64,000 nt of DNA from assembly GCA_963664225.1 (NCBI GenBank), contig OY760937.1:1952001-2016000 (forward strand), given 5' to 3'. A program made the position numbers and the translations under genes. This document shows positions 39,518-49,951 of this stretch, piece by piece. This stretch comes from Verrucomicrobiia bacterium (GTDB lineage Bacteria; Verrucomicrobiota; Verrucomicrobiia; Limisphaerales; UBA1319). The notes beneath the pieces were generated by a model, which searched no databases, was not told the origin of the DNA, and was given only the letters and a program-made list of their open reading frames with translations. Each line of letters begins with the position of its first letter. Within the stretch, counting starts at the first letter, position 1.

Positions 39518-41080
39518 TCAGAGCCGGCAAATGCGTTTTGCGGCGAATCCCGAAAAAAGCACGGCCAGGATCAGACCAATCACAACGCTGGCCACGCCCC
39601 AGCCAAAGATATGTTTCACCGTCCACAGGGCCAGTATTTCCAAACCGAAGAATAAGGCTCCAGTAACGTATTGCGAAAAGATGACCCGGCGAATGGTCGT
39701 ATGCGTCAAAGTCGAAAGGGCGATGCAGAGCAGGCAGAAGTCGAGGGAAACCCGAAACACATAAGCGAACGCCGCCCCTTGAATTCCCCAATGAGTCACG
39801 GCGTACCAGAGGACAAGAATATGAATCGGTATCTCGACGAGATGGAGTTTTGCCGTGATATCAGGCCGGCCCAGGGCCTGAATGGTGGTGTAGGGAATAA
39901 AAGCAATCGAGTTGATGAACGCGCCAACAATAATGATCGTCAGCACGGGCCCGCTTTGTTCTCCAATGGTTTTACCAAGCCACAGCGTCATGATTTGATC
40001 GCTGAAGAGGTAGATCGCCGCCGTTAAGAAGCTGACTCCGACCAGCAAAATGCTCATCGCCTTCCCCAGAAGGCGGGCAATATCCTCCTGGTCGTTCTTT
40101 TCGCCCGCGGCGGCAATGACGGGGAACAACGCCAGCACCATGCTGTCTGCAATGATGGTCAATCGAACGCCGGCCTCGTAGGGAATCGTGTAGCACGCCA
40201 CAAGGCCCATCGTCAGCAGGGAGCCAATGACAAACCGATCCGCGTAGATCAACAGGGGGGATAATATGGCGGAAAGCGTCACCCAGCGACCATACTTGAT
40301 CAGCGGCGCGATCTCCTTGAAATCGATGTGAAAACGGTCAAAAAGATTTGGAAAGATCCTGCAGGAGGCGATCAGCAATGCCGCGCAGGAGGCCACCCTT
40401 ACAAGGACCAGACTGAGCATGACTGCGGGGAGAGTCGGTGTATAGGAGGCCACGAGGGCCGGAACAATGACCGCCGCAACGGAGGAAGGCGCGGTGACCC
40501 CGTTCGAGACATCGAATCGCCGGGCCGCCTGAAGCAAACCAACGAACGACAACGAAATGAGAACAACCGGCAGCGATATGCCACAAAGTACGATGCACTG
40601 GCCCACTTCGCTTTCGAGTTCCGCCGGAATGTTGAGCAGCCTGCTCGTAAACAAGGGAATGCTGCAGATGATGATTATGGCGCCCAGGATCCCAAGGGAC
40701 GCCTGCACCGCCACTGCCCCCCAGAATACGCCCGGAACCTTATCATGGGAGTCGGCCGCCAGGTGCCTGGAGATCGAATGCGTCACGGCGCGGCCAAGAC
40801 CAAGATCGAGAATTGAGAAATATCCAACAATGGCCCAAATCAGGGTCAGAATGCCAAACCGTTCCGCGCCCAGCGATTTTACGAGGAACGGAACACAGAC
40901 AACGGTCGCGACGAGTTGAACTCCTTGAGCGCCGAAATTCAAAGTGGCGTTCCATGCCGTAGTCCCTTTTTCATACTTGGGCAGGGCAAGATACAGCCAA
41001 CCGATAAATCCTAGTAATAGGGATTTCACTTTTGTTAAGGAATATGCCTTGCCTTCATGATTCCGAAGAATAAGGCGCAT
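39518..41080 (-). CDS. Wzx-type polysaccharide flippase
   Basis: Many TM helices; LGAERFG, DLGLGRA, ADRFVIG, ALGRP. Confidence 0.88.
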   Translation of the reverse strand: MRLILRNHEGKAYSLTKVKSLLLGFIGWLYLALPKYEKGTTAWNATLNFGAQGVQLVATVVCVPFLVKSLGAERFGILTLIWAIVGYFSILDLGLGRAVTHSISRHLAADSHDKVPGVFWGAVAVQASLGILGAIIIICSIPLFTSRLLNIPAELESEVGQCIVLCGISLPVVLISLSFVGLLQAARRFDVSNGVTAPSSVAAVIVPALVASYTPTLPAVMLSLVLVRVASCAALLIASCRIFPNLFDRFHIDFKEIAPLIKYGRWVTLSAILSPLLIYADRFVIGSLLTMGLVACYTIPYEAGVRLTIIADSMVLALFPVIAAAGEKNDQEDIARLLGKAMSILLVGVSFLTAAIYLFSDQIMTLWLGKTIGEQSGPVLTIIIVGAFINSIAFIPYTTIQALGRPDITAKLHLVEIPIHILVLWYAVTHWGIQGAAFAYVFRVSLDFCLLCIALSTLTHTTIRRVIFSQYVTGALFFGLEILALWTVKHIFGWGVASVVIGLILAVLFSGFAAKRICRL

Positions 41081-41298
41081 TCAAGGCCATTGGCTCAATT
41101 TACGATGAATCACTGATTATTAATTATTAATTGCGCGACCATTTTTGACCGAGAATTGAATACCACCGACCACCGTTCATACTCTATCGTTAATGTTAAG
41201 ATTCTTCCAGCCTCATTTTATGCAGAAAAGGCGAATAAAAGCCTTCCCACCAACACAAGCAGAGAAAATTCAGCCACGAGTCCTGCGTTGTCAAATAT

Positions 41299-42057
41299 CT
41301 AACGTTTCAAATACCCGGCACGCGCCTCGGGAGAAAAACGCTCGATCGCATAGCGCAGCATCGTTCGCGGCATGCGCCGACAATGCTTCCCCAGAAATTC
41401 CTCCAGCGCATTCTGATCGCGCTTGCCGATCTCGCGTAACATCCAGCCGCAGGCCTTGTGCATCAGGTCCTGGGTATCGCCCAGCAATTGCCCGGTCAGC
41501 TTGAAAGTGTCCCCATAATCACCGGCGCGAATAAAGGCAAACGAGCCGAGCACGGCAATACGGCGGTCCCAGAGAGACGCGGATTGCGCGAGTTTCCACA
41601 GCGGCGCGCGATCCCCTCGCAGCCAATAGTCACCGGGGATTTGAGGCGCGGAGCAGTCCACCAGGTTCCAGTTATTGATCCGGTGACGGTTATCCATGTA
41701 GTTGCGATACACGGTTTCGCGAGAGGAGGCGTCGCCTTTTTCGTAATGCCTGATCAGCACCAGCAGCCCGAGAAAACGTTCCTCGTTATACGGGGAATCC
41801 AGGAGCTTCGTTCCCTCCTCGAGGGTCAAATCCCCATGGTCTTTGGCAACTTGCCGGACCGCCGGGACCGTGATTCCCAGAAACCGGTCGCCCTCGGCAT
41901 ACTGGCCTTTGCCCGTCTTGAAAAAGCCTGCAAGAAACGCGGCCTTTTCGGGGTTCGCAAGGGCCATCAAAGCCGCATGCGCCCGCGCCAAGCTTGCCGG
42001 CATCGGCCTGCCGGAGGCTTTCATTTTCTGGAGTGGGTTGGTTTTCCTGAGCGCCAT
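41299..42057 (-). CDS. DNA alkylation repair protein (AlkD-like)
   Basis: FFKTGKGQYAEGD, NNWNLVD, HKACGWMLRE, MPRTMLRYAIERF. Confidence 0.9.
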   Translation of the reverse strand: MALRKTNPLQKMKASGRPMPASLARAHAALMALANPEKAAFLAGFFKTGKGQYAEGDRFLGITVPAVRQVAKDHGDLTLEEGTKLLDSPYNEERFLGLLVLIRHYEKGDASSRETVYRNYMDNRHRINNWNLVDCSAPQIPGDYWLRGDRAPLWKLAQSASLWDRRIAVLGSFAFIRAGDYGDTFKLTGQLLGDTQDLMHKACGWMLREIGKRDQNALEEFLGKHCRRMPRTMLRYAIERFSPEARAGYLKR

Positions 42058-42060
42058 AAA

Positions 42061-45000
42061 TTATTGTTGTTCCACTTTGAGGCGATAAAACCGTTGAGCC
42101 GCCCGTTCGATGTCGGTCAGATCGCGCACGGTGATTTCTTCAGTCGTTCCCAGATCCGCACGTCGGGTTTCGACCAGATAGTTGGTTCCCGAATTCCACA
42201 GGGCCAGGTCACCCGAAACCTCCGGCACACAGAGCACATCGGTCGCTGATTTGGAATGCGTGTAGGTCAGAGTGAAATAATTGAAGGTGTCCAACGCGAT
42301 GCGTCCGGCGGTCAATGTATTGCGTGGCGCAATCACCTTGGGCGACAGGCCCAGCGCGTATTTGAGCAGGTTGGAGATTCCATCGCCAGCCGGTGTGGCC
42401 AAAGGTCCGCTCACGGGATCGTTCATGAGTTCGTCCGCCGTGAATTGCATAAAGCGCCAGCGGTCGAACGCCGTATCCCGGGACATGAGGATTTGATACC
42501 AGATCGTGGCGGTGTTGGTTGAAATTTCGATGACCGCAAGACCGTTTGTGCCGCCCACGGTCAACTCGCCCTTGCGCTGTCCGCGTTCGTCGAGCGCAAA
42601 AACCCGCACCCGCTCAGGCGCAACCGGCAGCGTCAGTGTCAGCGGCACCACTTCCGCCAGCACCGGCGCGTGGCCCCAATTCATCCCCACCGAGGTTCGC
42701 GTGGCGTCCTTCCACTGCATGCCCGTGTTGCTGACCTCCCCGCAAACCACCATCAGGGCCGTGCCGCCATGGGAGAAATCCTCGCCGCTGGTCAGGGTCA
42801 GGCCGACCGTGCACCACCCGAGTTGCGAGGTCCCCGGCTGGATTTTCACATCACCCAAGTCGATGGATTGGCCCGCTGGAAATCCGCTGAAAATGCGCGT
42901 CTTCGGCGTGTTGATCCGCAAGGTCCCCTTCCCTGCCGTGGTCGTGTTCCAGGTCAACTCCCCGGTGTCCGACGCCACCACGCTGCCTGCCGGAGCCGCT
43001 GGCGGCGTGGCCAGGCCGGTGGCGTTTGTGCCCACGGACATGCTCAACCGGCTCGCGAACGCCAGTTTCCCGGGCATCCCCAATTGCTCGCTGCTCATCA
43101 CGCTCCACGAGGTGCCGTGGCTTTTAATCGCATCCAGTTCGGTATCCGGAGTCACAGGCAGTGTGTATTCCTTTTGCGCGGCCTGAACATCGCCCCTGCG
43201 AAAAATCGCCGCAGCCAGCATCAGGTTGGCCATCTTGGTGGGATGCTGCCACAGATCGAAGTAACTGTGAAAATAACCCGCCCCGGCGGTGTCATTTCCC
43301 GCGCCATAATCGAACATCCACAACCCATCCCAATCCTGCAACGCCCCATAGGCCGCGAGCATCACGGGCCCCTCGGCCCCGTAATCGTTGGGCGAGGGAT
43401 GTTGATATTCGGTGACCGTGAACGGCTTTCCACGCACCCGCTGACGCGCGAGTCCGGCGATTGTGTTGTCATCGCCCAGCGTGTTCACCATGGAGGTATT
43501 GGGAATGTACCAATTCACCCCATCCCACGGGATGCCGGGAAATGACGGGTGCTGCCAATACGCATGGCCGTCCACCACGTCCATCTCCGACTGAACACTC
43601 GGGGGACTGTTTGCAATAATGGTCCCAAAGATCAGCCCATGGTAACCGCACGCACTGCGCAGATGCGTCACCATCGCCTGATAATAGCGATGCTCCAGAT
43701 CGCGCAGGAAACAAATCCAGTCCTTGCGGGCCTCCTGGGTAAACTGGCCGGCCGCGTTATTGTAAGTCACGTTGGGCACCGTGCCCTGCGCCAGACTTGC
43801 GCCAGCGGGCAACACGCCGATGCGTCCGCCCGGCTGCAGCGTCACGTTCGCGATCCACACCGCCACTTTCTGTGTGGCAAAACCACCGAAATTCGCCCGC
43901 GCGTTTGTGTCGGAGGATGTGGTCTGAAAAGTGGCCGTGAACTGTTGCCAATTGGTGGTGAGCTTCACCGTTTGCCCAAAGCCCAGCCCCTCCCAATTCG
44001 CATGGGCCTGCATCATGGAGGTGTCCATGGTGGTGTCCTGGCTGGCCTTGGCCCAATAGCTGAACACATACGGCTGCGCATTGGTCAGGCGCAGACCCGG
44101 CTGGTTGAGCTGGATGTACCATCCGGCGGTTCCCACGGTGACCATCTGAATCTTTGCCGCTGGCGCTCCATTAAAATCCTTGGTCACTGTGAACTGCGCA
44201 TCCGCCACATCATGTTTTTCAGTCACCCAGTTATTGTAACCGTTGGTGAACGACCCATTGCGCAGCATCGACGCGCCCAGCGGCTGGTCGATGATTTTCC
44301 AGGTCTGCCGCAAAGTGGCGTCATTGGTGTAACGCGCGCGCAGCCAGTCGTTCCAACGCGTTTGCAGCGGAGTCTGGAACACTGCCGGGAATTTATCCAG
44401 CGAACCTTCGAACCACTTCTGAATCATCCCGTTCTCGTTCATGATCTCCACGAACGCCACCGCCGGATCCGCCGCCAGCGTCAAACCCGTATGCGGATTT
44501 ATGGGAGTCAGCACGCGCGTGGCGTATTCCTGATGCAGGGCCAGCGCGGGATCGTAAAAGAACCCCAGCACGTGCCGGTCCTTCCAGTCCATGGTCTCCA
44601 CTTCCGCAGGCAGGCCGTCCGCCGTATGAAACACCCGGCCCACGAGCAGATTCACATCGGAGTAAATCCCGTGCGCCTTCAGACGCGATACCATGTATTG
44701 CACCCGGTCAAGCTGCTGGGGGTTGATGGGACGGCTGGAACCGCTCTTGTAATCGATCAGACCGCCGTTCGCCGCCCAATCAGAGTCCATGTGATGAAGG
44801 CGGACGCAATTGACGCCAAACTTGGCCAGGCGCGCCGCCATTCCATCCGCGCGATTGGTGGGCGCAAACGGACTGTCTGCCGCAAAGTTGACGCCCAGAA
44901 AACGAATGCGCTGACCGCGCGCCTCGAAATGCCCCTCGGCGTTTACCGTAACCACATCCCCGGTTCCGCCAGGTCCAATCGGTGTGTTCCATTTCGAAAA

Positions 45001-45135
45001 ATCCGCCGGACCGCCCGTCGCGTCGTCCCAGGGCAACACAAAAGGAGTCTGGGCGGCTTCGACGGTGCAAATCCAAGCCATCAACGCGCAAAACACTCCA
45101 AAACCAGGCAATGGCGTGCGTTTTTCAAATTTCAT
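42061..45135 (-). CDS. Secreted clan-A glycoside-hydrolase-like protein with inserted CBM4/9 and C-terminal FYR domain
   Basis: GVNCVRLHH, EIMNEN, LRNGSF, DGHAYWQHP, VTEY; ends DGISNLLKYALG...FYRLKVEQQ. Confidence 0.82.
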   Translation of the reverse strand: MKFEKRTPLPGFGVFCALMAWICTVEAAQTPFVLPWDDATGGPADFSKWNTPIGPGGTGDVVTVNAEGHFEARGQRIRFLGVNFAADSPFAPTNRADGMAARLAKFGVNCVRLHHMDSDWAANGGLIDYKSGSSRPINPQQLDRVQYMVSRLKAHGIYSDVNLLVGRVFHTADGLPAEVETMDWKDRHVLGFFYDPALALHQEYATRVLTPINPHTGLTLAADPAVAFVEIMNENGMIQKWFEGSLDKFPAVFQTPLQTRWNDWLRARYTNDATLRQTWKIIDQPLGASMLRNGSFTNGYNNWVTEKHDVADAQFTVTKDFNGAPAAKIQMVTVGTAGWYIQLNQPGLRLTNAQPYVFSYWAKASQDTTMDTSMMQAHANWEGLGFGQTVKLTTNWQQFTATFQTTSSDTNARANFGGFATQKVAVWIANVTLQPGGRIGVLPAGASLAQGTVPNVTYNNAAGQFTQEARKDWICFLRDLEHRYYQAMVTHLRSACGYHGLIFGTIIANSPPSVQSEMDVVDGHAYWQHPSFPGIPWDGVNWYIPNTSMVNTLGDDNTIAGLARQRVRGKPFTVTEYQHPSPNDYGAEGPVMLAAYGALQDWDGLWMFDYGAGNDTAGAGYFHSYFDLWQHPTKMANLMLAAAIFRRGDVQAAQKEYTLPVTPDTELDAIKSHGTSWSVMSSEQLGMPGKLAFASRLSMSVGTNATGLATPPAAPAGSVVASDTGELTWNTTTAGKGTLRINTPKTRIFSGFPAGQSIDLGDVKIQPGTSQLGWCTVGLTLTSGEDFSHGGTALMVVCGEVSNTGMQWKDATRTSVGMNWGHAPVLAEVVPLTLTLPVAPERVRVFALDERGQRKGELTVGGTNGLAVIEISTNTATIWYQILMSRDTAFDRWRFMQFTADELMNDPVSGPLATPAGDGISNLLKYALGLSPKVIAPRNTLTAGRIALDTFNYFTLTYTHSKSATDVLCVPEVSGDLALWNSGTNYLVETRRADLGTTEEITVRDLTDIERAAQRFYRLKVEQQ

Positions 45136-45302
45136 GTCCCCCAGCCTATCAATCCCTGGCTCCGGATACAATCGAACGAATCCAGCAAGAAAGCTCCCGG
45201 GAGCGAGACAAAATTCAGGAGTGCGGGGAGGTTTAACATGGATGGATAGGATGGACAGGATTGGATTTGCGGCAACGGCAGAACCATCGGGCGGGGTTGA
45301 AG

Positions 45303-45730
45303 ACCGGCGGGCGGGGATTAAGGCACATTTGAAAACGTTGGATATAGGAACACCGTAAGCCGGTCAGGAGACCGGCGCACCGGGGACACCGCCGGGCGGG
45401 GATTACGGCACATTTGAAAACGTTGGATATAAGAACACCGTAAGCCGGTCAGGAGACCGGCGCACCGGGGACACCGCCGGGCGGGGATTACGGCACATTT
45501 GAAAACGTTGGATACAAGAACACCGTAAGCCGGTCAGGAGACCGGCGCACCGGGGACACCGCCGGGCGGGGATTACGGCACATTTGAAAACGTTGGATAC
45601 AAGAACACCGTAAGCCGGTCAGGAGACCGGCGCACCGGGGACGGCGATGGGCGGGGATCGCGGCACATTTGAAAACGTTGGATATAAGAACACCGTAAGC
45701 CGGTCAGGAGACCGGCGCACCGGGGACGGC
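45303..45730. repeat. Tandem array, 85-bp unit x5
   Basis: TAAGCCGGTCAGGAGACCGGCGCACC at 45356, 45441, 45526, 45611, 45696. Confidence 0.96.
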
Positions 45731-45872
45731 GGCGGGCGATCGCGGAGGACCATCGAACGCTTCCATGCGACCCAAATTTGGAGATGGCCCAAAAAAAACA
45801 TGCTTTTCTCTGTGTTTTTTTGCCGCGTGACCCTTCTTGCGCAAGTCAGCCATCAACGGTTAAAATGTCCCC

Positions 45873-48800
45873 ATGTCGAACGCGGATTTTGTTCACCTGC
45901 ACTTGCACACCGAGTATTCACTGCTCGATGGGGCCTGTCGCCTCGACCGCTTGATGGAGCGGGCGAAGGCGCTGAACTTTCCCGCGCTGGCCATGACCGA
46001 TCACGGCGTCCTCTTTGGCGCGATTGATTTTTACACCGCGGCCAAAAAGAGCGGCATCAAGCCCATCATCGGTTGCGAGATGTATGTGGCGCCCGGCAGC
46101 CGGTTCGACAAAAAATCGAGCCACGGCGGCAAGGACGTTTATCAGCACCTCATTCTCCTGGTCAAAGACGAGGTCGGCTATAAAAACCTGATCCAGCTCG
46201 TCACCGCAGCCCATCTCGAGGGGTATTATTACAAACCACGCATCGACAAGGAGCTGCTCGCCCAAAAGAAGGACGGCCTCATCGTCCTGTCCGCCTGTCT
46301 CGCCGGGGAAATCCCCGACCTCATCATGCGGGGCGAATTGGACAAGGCCCGGGAATCCATCGACTGGTATAAACAGACGTTCGGTCCCGAGAATTATTAT
46401 CTGGAGCTGCAAAACCATCAGCTTCCCGAGCAGGCCACCGTCAACCGCCAGTTGATCGCATGGTCCAAGGAATTCGGGCTGAAGCTCGTGGCGACCAACG
46501 ACGTGCATTACCTCGAGAAAAAGGATTCGCACGCGCACGACTGCCTCATCTGCATCGGCACGCAGACCACGCTCAACGACACCAAGCGGATGCACTACGC
46601 GCCCGAGCAGTTTTATCTGCGCTCGGCGGACGAGATGAAGGCCCTGTTTATCGAAACGCCCGAGGCCATCTCGAACACGCTGGAAATCGCCGAGAAGTGC
46701 AACCTGAAGATCGAGTTTGGCAAGCTCCACTACCCCGTCTTCCAGCCGCCGATCGAACGGTCGCGCGAAAATTATCTCAAGGATCTGGTCGCCGAAGGCT
46801 TGAAAACACGCTACGGAATGAGCGTTCGCGTGGTGGGGGATCAATTTGTCGTAGACGCCATCCAGGACGCGCGCCGTCTGCCCACGTATGTTCCAGACCC
46901 CGCCGACAAGGACGCCAGCAACGCCGCATCGCTGGACAACCCCGCCGTGGCCACCGCCGTTCAACGGATCATGGACCGCGTGGAAATGGAGCTCAAGGTC
47001 ATCGATAAAAGCGGCTTCGTTAGTTACTTCCTGATCGTGGGCGATTTCGTCCGCTACGGCCGCAGCAAGGGCATTTCCTGCGTGGCGCGCGGTTCCGCCG
47101 CAGGTTCCATCGTCACCTACCTGCTGGCCATTTCGAACGTCGATCCCATCCGTTACGCGCTGCTGTTCGAGCGCTTCCTGAATCCCGAGCGCGTCAACCC
47201 GCCCGATATCGACATTGACTTCGCCGACGACCGCCGCGCCGACGTCATCGAATACGTCCGCGAGAAATACGGCCGTGATTCCGTGGCGCAGATTGTCACC
47301 TTCGGCACCATGGGCGCCAAGTCCGTGGTGCGGGATGTCGGTCGCGTCATGAGCCTTTCCTACAGCGACTGCGATCGCCTGGCCAAGATGATCCCCAACG
47401 AATTGAAGATGGATCTGGCCAAGGCGCTCAAGCAATCCCCGGATTTCAAGAACGCCTACGACACCGAGGAGGTCACGCGCGAATTGGTGGATATCGCCTT
47501 CGTGCTCGAGGACCTCACGCGCAACGCCTCGGTCCACGCCGCCGGTGTGGTCATCGGAGATCAACCGCTCGTCAATGTGCTGCCCCTCAAGCAGGACGAG
47601 GACGGCACCATTGTCACGCAATATCCCATGGGGCCGGTCGGCGATCTCGGTTTGCTGAAGATGGACTTTCTGGGTCTCAAGACGCTCACCGTCATTCGCA
47701 ACGCCGTGGAGATGATCAAGGCCACGCGCGGCATCGACCTGCCCATCGACCAGTTGCCGCTGGACGACCCCAAGGCCTTCGCGCTGCTCAACAAGGGCGA
47801 TACCGTCGGCGTGTTCCAGTTGGAATCCGGTGGCATGCGCGATTTGTGCCGAAAATTCAAGATGAGTTCCGTGGAGCACATCACCGCGTTGATCGCGCTC
47901 TACCGGCCCGGCCCCATGGACCTCATCCCTGATTTCATCAAGCGCCGCCATGGCGAGGTCCCCGTGGAATATGAGCATCCGCTGCTCGAACCGATCTGCC
48001 GCGAAACCTACGGCATCATGATTTACCAGGAGCAGGTCATGCAGGCCACGCAGGTCCTGGCGGGATTCACACTGGGCGGCGCCGACCTGTTGCGCCGGGT
48101 GATGAGCAAGAAAAAGGTCGAGGAAATGCAGAAGCACCGCGCGTTGTTCGTCGCGGGTTCCGCCAAAACCAACAACATCCCCGCCGACCGGGCGAACATG
48201 ATTTTCGATCATCTCGAAAAGTTCGCCGGATACGGATTCAACAAATCCCACGCGGCGGCCTACGCCATCGTCTCCTACCAGACCGCGTATCTTAAGGCCA
48301 ATTACCCGGTGGAGTTCCTTTGCGCCATGCTCACCAACGACATGGGCGACACCGCCAAGGTGGCGATCCTGATCGAGGAGGCGCGCGACCTCCACGTCGA
48401 GGTGCTCCCGCCCGATGTCAATGAGAGCCAGGTGGTCTTTGCCCCGGCGCGGGAAGGCACGGTGGTTCGCTTTGGCCTGGCCGCCATCAAGGGCGTTGGC
48501 GAAATCGCCGTGCGCTCCATTCTTGAGGCCCGACAGAAAGGCGGAAAATTCACCTCCCTGAACGACCTCTGCGAACGCGTGGATACCCGCACGGTCAATC
48601 GCAAGGCCCTGGAAGGTCTCATCAAATCCGGCGCGTGCGATACTTACGGACAAACCCGCGCCACGCTTTTCTCGCAGATCGATCACGCCCTGGCCCGCGC
48701 CTCGAGCCTCGCCCAGGACCGCCAGAGCGGTCAGGGCAGCCTGTTTGGTTTGATCGATGACGGCACCACATCAGCTCCCGAATCCGCGATTCAATTGCCC

Positions 48801-49511
48801 GAATGGCCCGAAAGCCAGCGCCTGGCCGCGGAAAAAGAGCTGCTGGGCATCTATGTCACCGGCCATCCCATCAAGCCGTTTCTGCCGTTGATCGAAAAAT
48901 ACTGCACGGCCAACACGGCCGGTCTGGCGGAACTGGCCAACCGCAGCATGGTGCGCCTGGGCGGACTGGTGGCCGCCACCCAGCAGGGCTTCTCCAAGAA
49001 ATCCGGCAAGCCCTACGCCATGACCACTCTCGAGGACATGTATGGCACCGTGCAGGTCCTTTTGATGAACGAGAATTACGACAAATTCCGCCAGTATCTT
49101 GTGGAAGGAAAACCCCTGCTCGTCACGGGTGAAGTGAATAACAGCGAGGACAAGGCCAAGATTTTCCCGCAGGAAATCATGCCTCTCGAGGACACCCCCC
49201 GGCGCTTTACCAAGCAGGTCCAGGTCCGCCTCGATGCCAGCAAAATGTCCGGCCCCCTCCTGATGGAATTGCGCAACATCGTGACCTCGCACGCCGGCAA
49301 ATGCCCGCTGATCCTCTGCATCAAACATTCCAGTGGCGCCTGGGGCATCATCGAGACCAACGAGAAATACAACGTCTCCCCCACCCTCGAATTGCAGCAG
49401 GCCCTGAACAGCAAATTTGGCAAACACGCCTACTTTGCCAAGGCCGACACCGCCCTGCCCGAACGCGCCAAACGCGCCTGGGAGAAGAAAGAAGCCGCGA
49501 CGGAGGAGTAA
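45873..49511 (+). CDS. dnaE: DNA polymerase III alpha subunit
   Basis: FVHLHLHTEYSLLDG, RGSAAGS, PPDIDIDF, KMDFLGL, YGFNKSH. Confidence 0.98.
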   Translation: MSNADFVHLHLHTEYSLLDGACRLDRLMERAKALNFPALAMTDHGVLFGAIDFYTAAKKSGIKPIIGCEMYVAPGSRFDKKSSHGGKDVYQHLILLVKDEVGYKNLIQLVTAAHLEGYYYKPRIDKELLAQKKDGLIVLSACLAGEIPDLIMRGELDKARESIDWYKQTFGPENYYLELQNHQLPEQATVNRQLIAWSKEFGLKLVATNDVHYLEKKDSHAHDCLICIGTQTTLNDTKRMHYAPEQFYLRSADEMKALFIETPEAISNTLEIAEKCNLKIEFGKLHYPVFQPPIERSRENYLKDLVAEGLKTRYGMSVRVVGDQFVVDAIQDARRLPTYVPDPADKDASNAASLDNPAVATAVQRIMDRVEMELKVIDKSGFVSYFLIVGDFVRYGRSKGISCVARGSAAGSIVTYLLAISNVDPIRYALLFERFLNPERVNPPDIDIDFADDRRADVIEYVREKYGRDSVAQIVTFGTMGAKSVVRDVGRVMSLSYSDCDRLAKMIPNELKMDLAKALKQSPDFKNAYDTEEVTRELVDIAFVLEDLTRNASVHAAGVVIGDQPLVNVLPLKQDEDGTIVTQYPMGPVGDLGLLKMDFLGLKTLTVIRNAVEMIKATRGIDLPIDQLPLDDPKAFALLNKGDTVGVFQLESGGMRDLCRKFKMSSVEHITALIALYRPGPMDLIPDFIKRRHGEVPVEYEHPLLEPICRETYGIMIYQEQVMQATQVLAGFTLGGADLLRRVMSKKKVEEMQKHRALFVAGSAKTNNIPADRANMIFDHLEKFAGYGFNKSHAAAYAIVSYQTAYLKANYPVEFLCAMLTNDMGDTAKVAILIEEARDLHVEVLPPDVNESQVVFAPAREGTVVRFGLAAIKGVGEIAVRSILEARQKGGKFTSLNDLCERVDTRTVNRKALEGLIKSGACDTYGQTRATLFSQIDHALARASSLAQDRQSGQGSLFGLIDDGTTSAPESAIQLPEWPESQRLAAEKELLGIYVTGHPIKPFLPLIEKYCTANTAGLAELANRSMVRLGGLVAATQQGFSKKSGKPYAMTTLEDMYGTVQVLLMNENYDKFRQYLVEGKPLLVTGEVNNSEDKAKIFPQEIMPLEDTPRRFTKQVQVRLDASKMSGPLLMELRNIVTSHAGKCPLILCIKHSSGAWGIIETNEKYNVSPTLELQQALNSKFGKHAYFAKADTALPERAKRAWEKKEAATEE

Positions 49512-49698
49512 GGGACGCGCGACAAAAAACCAGAATGGGTTGGGATCACTCGGTAGGACGTAAGACAAAATGCTTTCGTAAGCGAAAAAGGCCTTAAAAT
49601 GGGCATGTGAGTATATTCGAAACAAATATAGCAAGAGTTTCGGGAATGGCCGGGCGCCGATTAAGGGTCCGGCAAAAGCCAGATCTGAAAGGACATAC

Positions 49699-49873
49699 CT
49701 CATCCGGCCTTCTCCCCCCAGGAGAAGGAGAAGTATTGCGAGCCCTGGGTTTATTGCACGGTTTGGAGAATGCCGCCGCGCCGGATTAATTGCCCCACAC
49801 CGCCGACTGGTGTTCTGGCTGGGTTCGTACGGTTTAGGCTTTTACCAGCTTCCTGAGGCTTGTCCTGCGCCCC
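49699..49873. repeat. Dispersed ~170-bp intergenic repeat, copy 2
   Basis: Highly similar to 21091-21261. Confidence 0.9.
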
Positions 49874-49951
49874 ACATGATTTTCCATGGGCAAGTGAGGG
49901 AGAATATTCGGAAGAGTGAAAGGGATCTTCGCTTGCGCGTAGCGCTGAAAA

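Noticed and set aside
26638..45730. CRISPR interpretation of the three tandem arrays
   Set aside because: Inter-hairpin sequences are near-identical rather than unique spacers, and no cas genes are in the window.
45918..48686. 922-aa minus-strand ORF and other long antisense ORFs (1860-3071, 27406-28515, 43549-45249, 61917-63281)
   Set aside because: Shadows of well-supported genes on the opposite strand in GC-rich DNA; no recognisable motifs.
45873..49511. Intein in dnaE
   Set aside because: Length is ordinary and there are no C/S...HN splice motifs.
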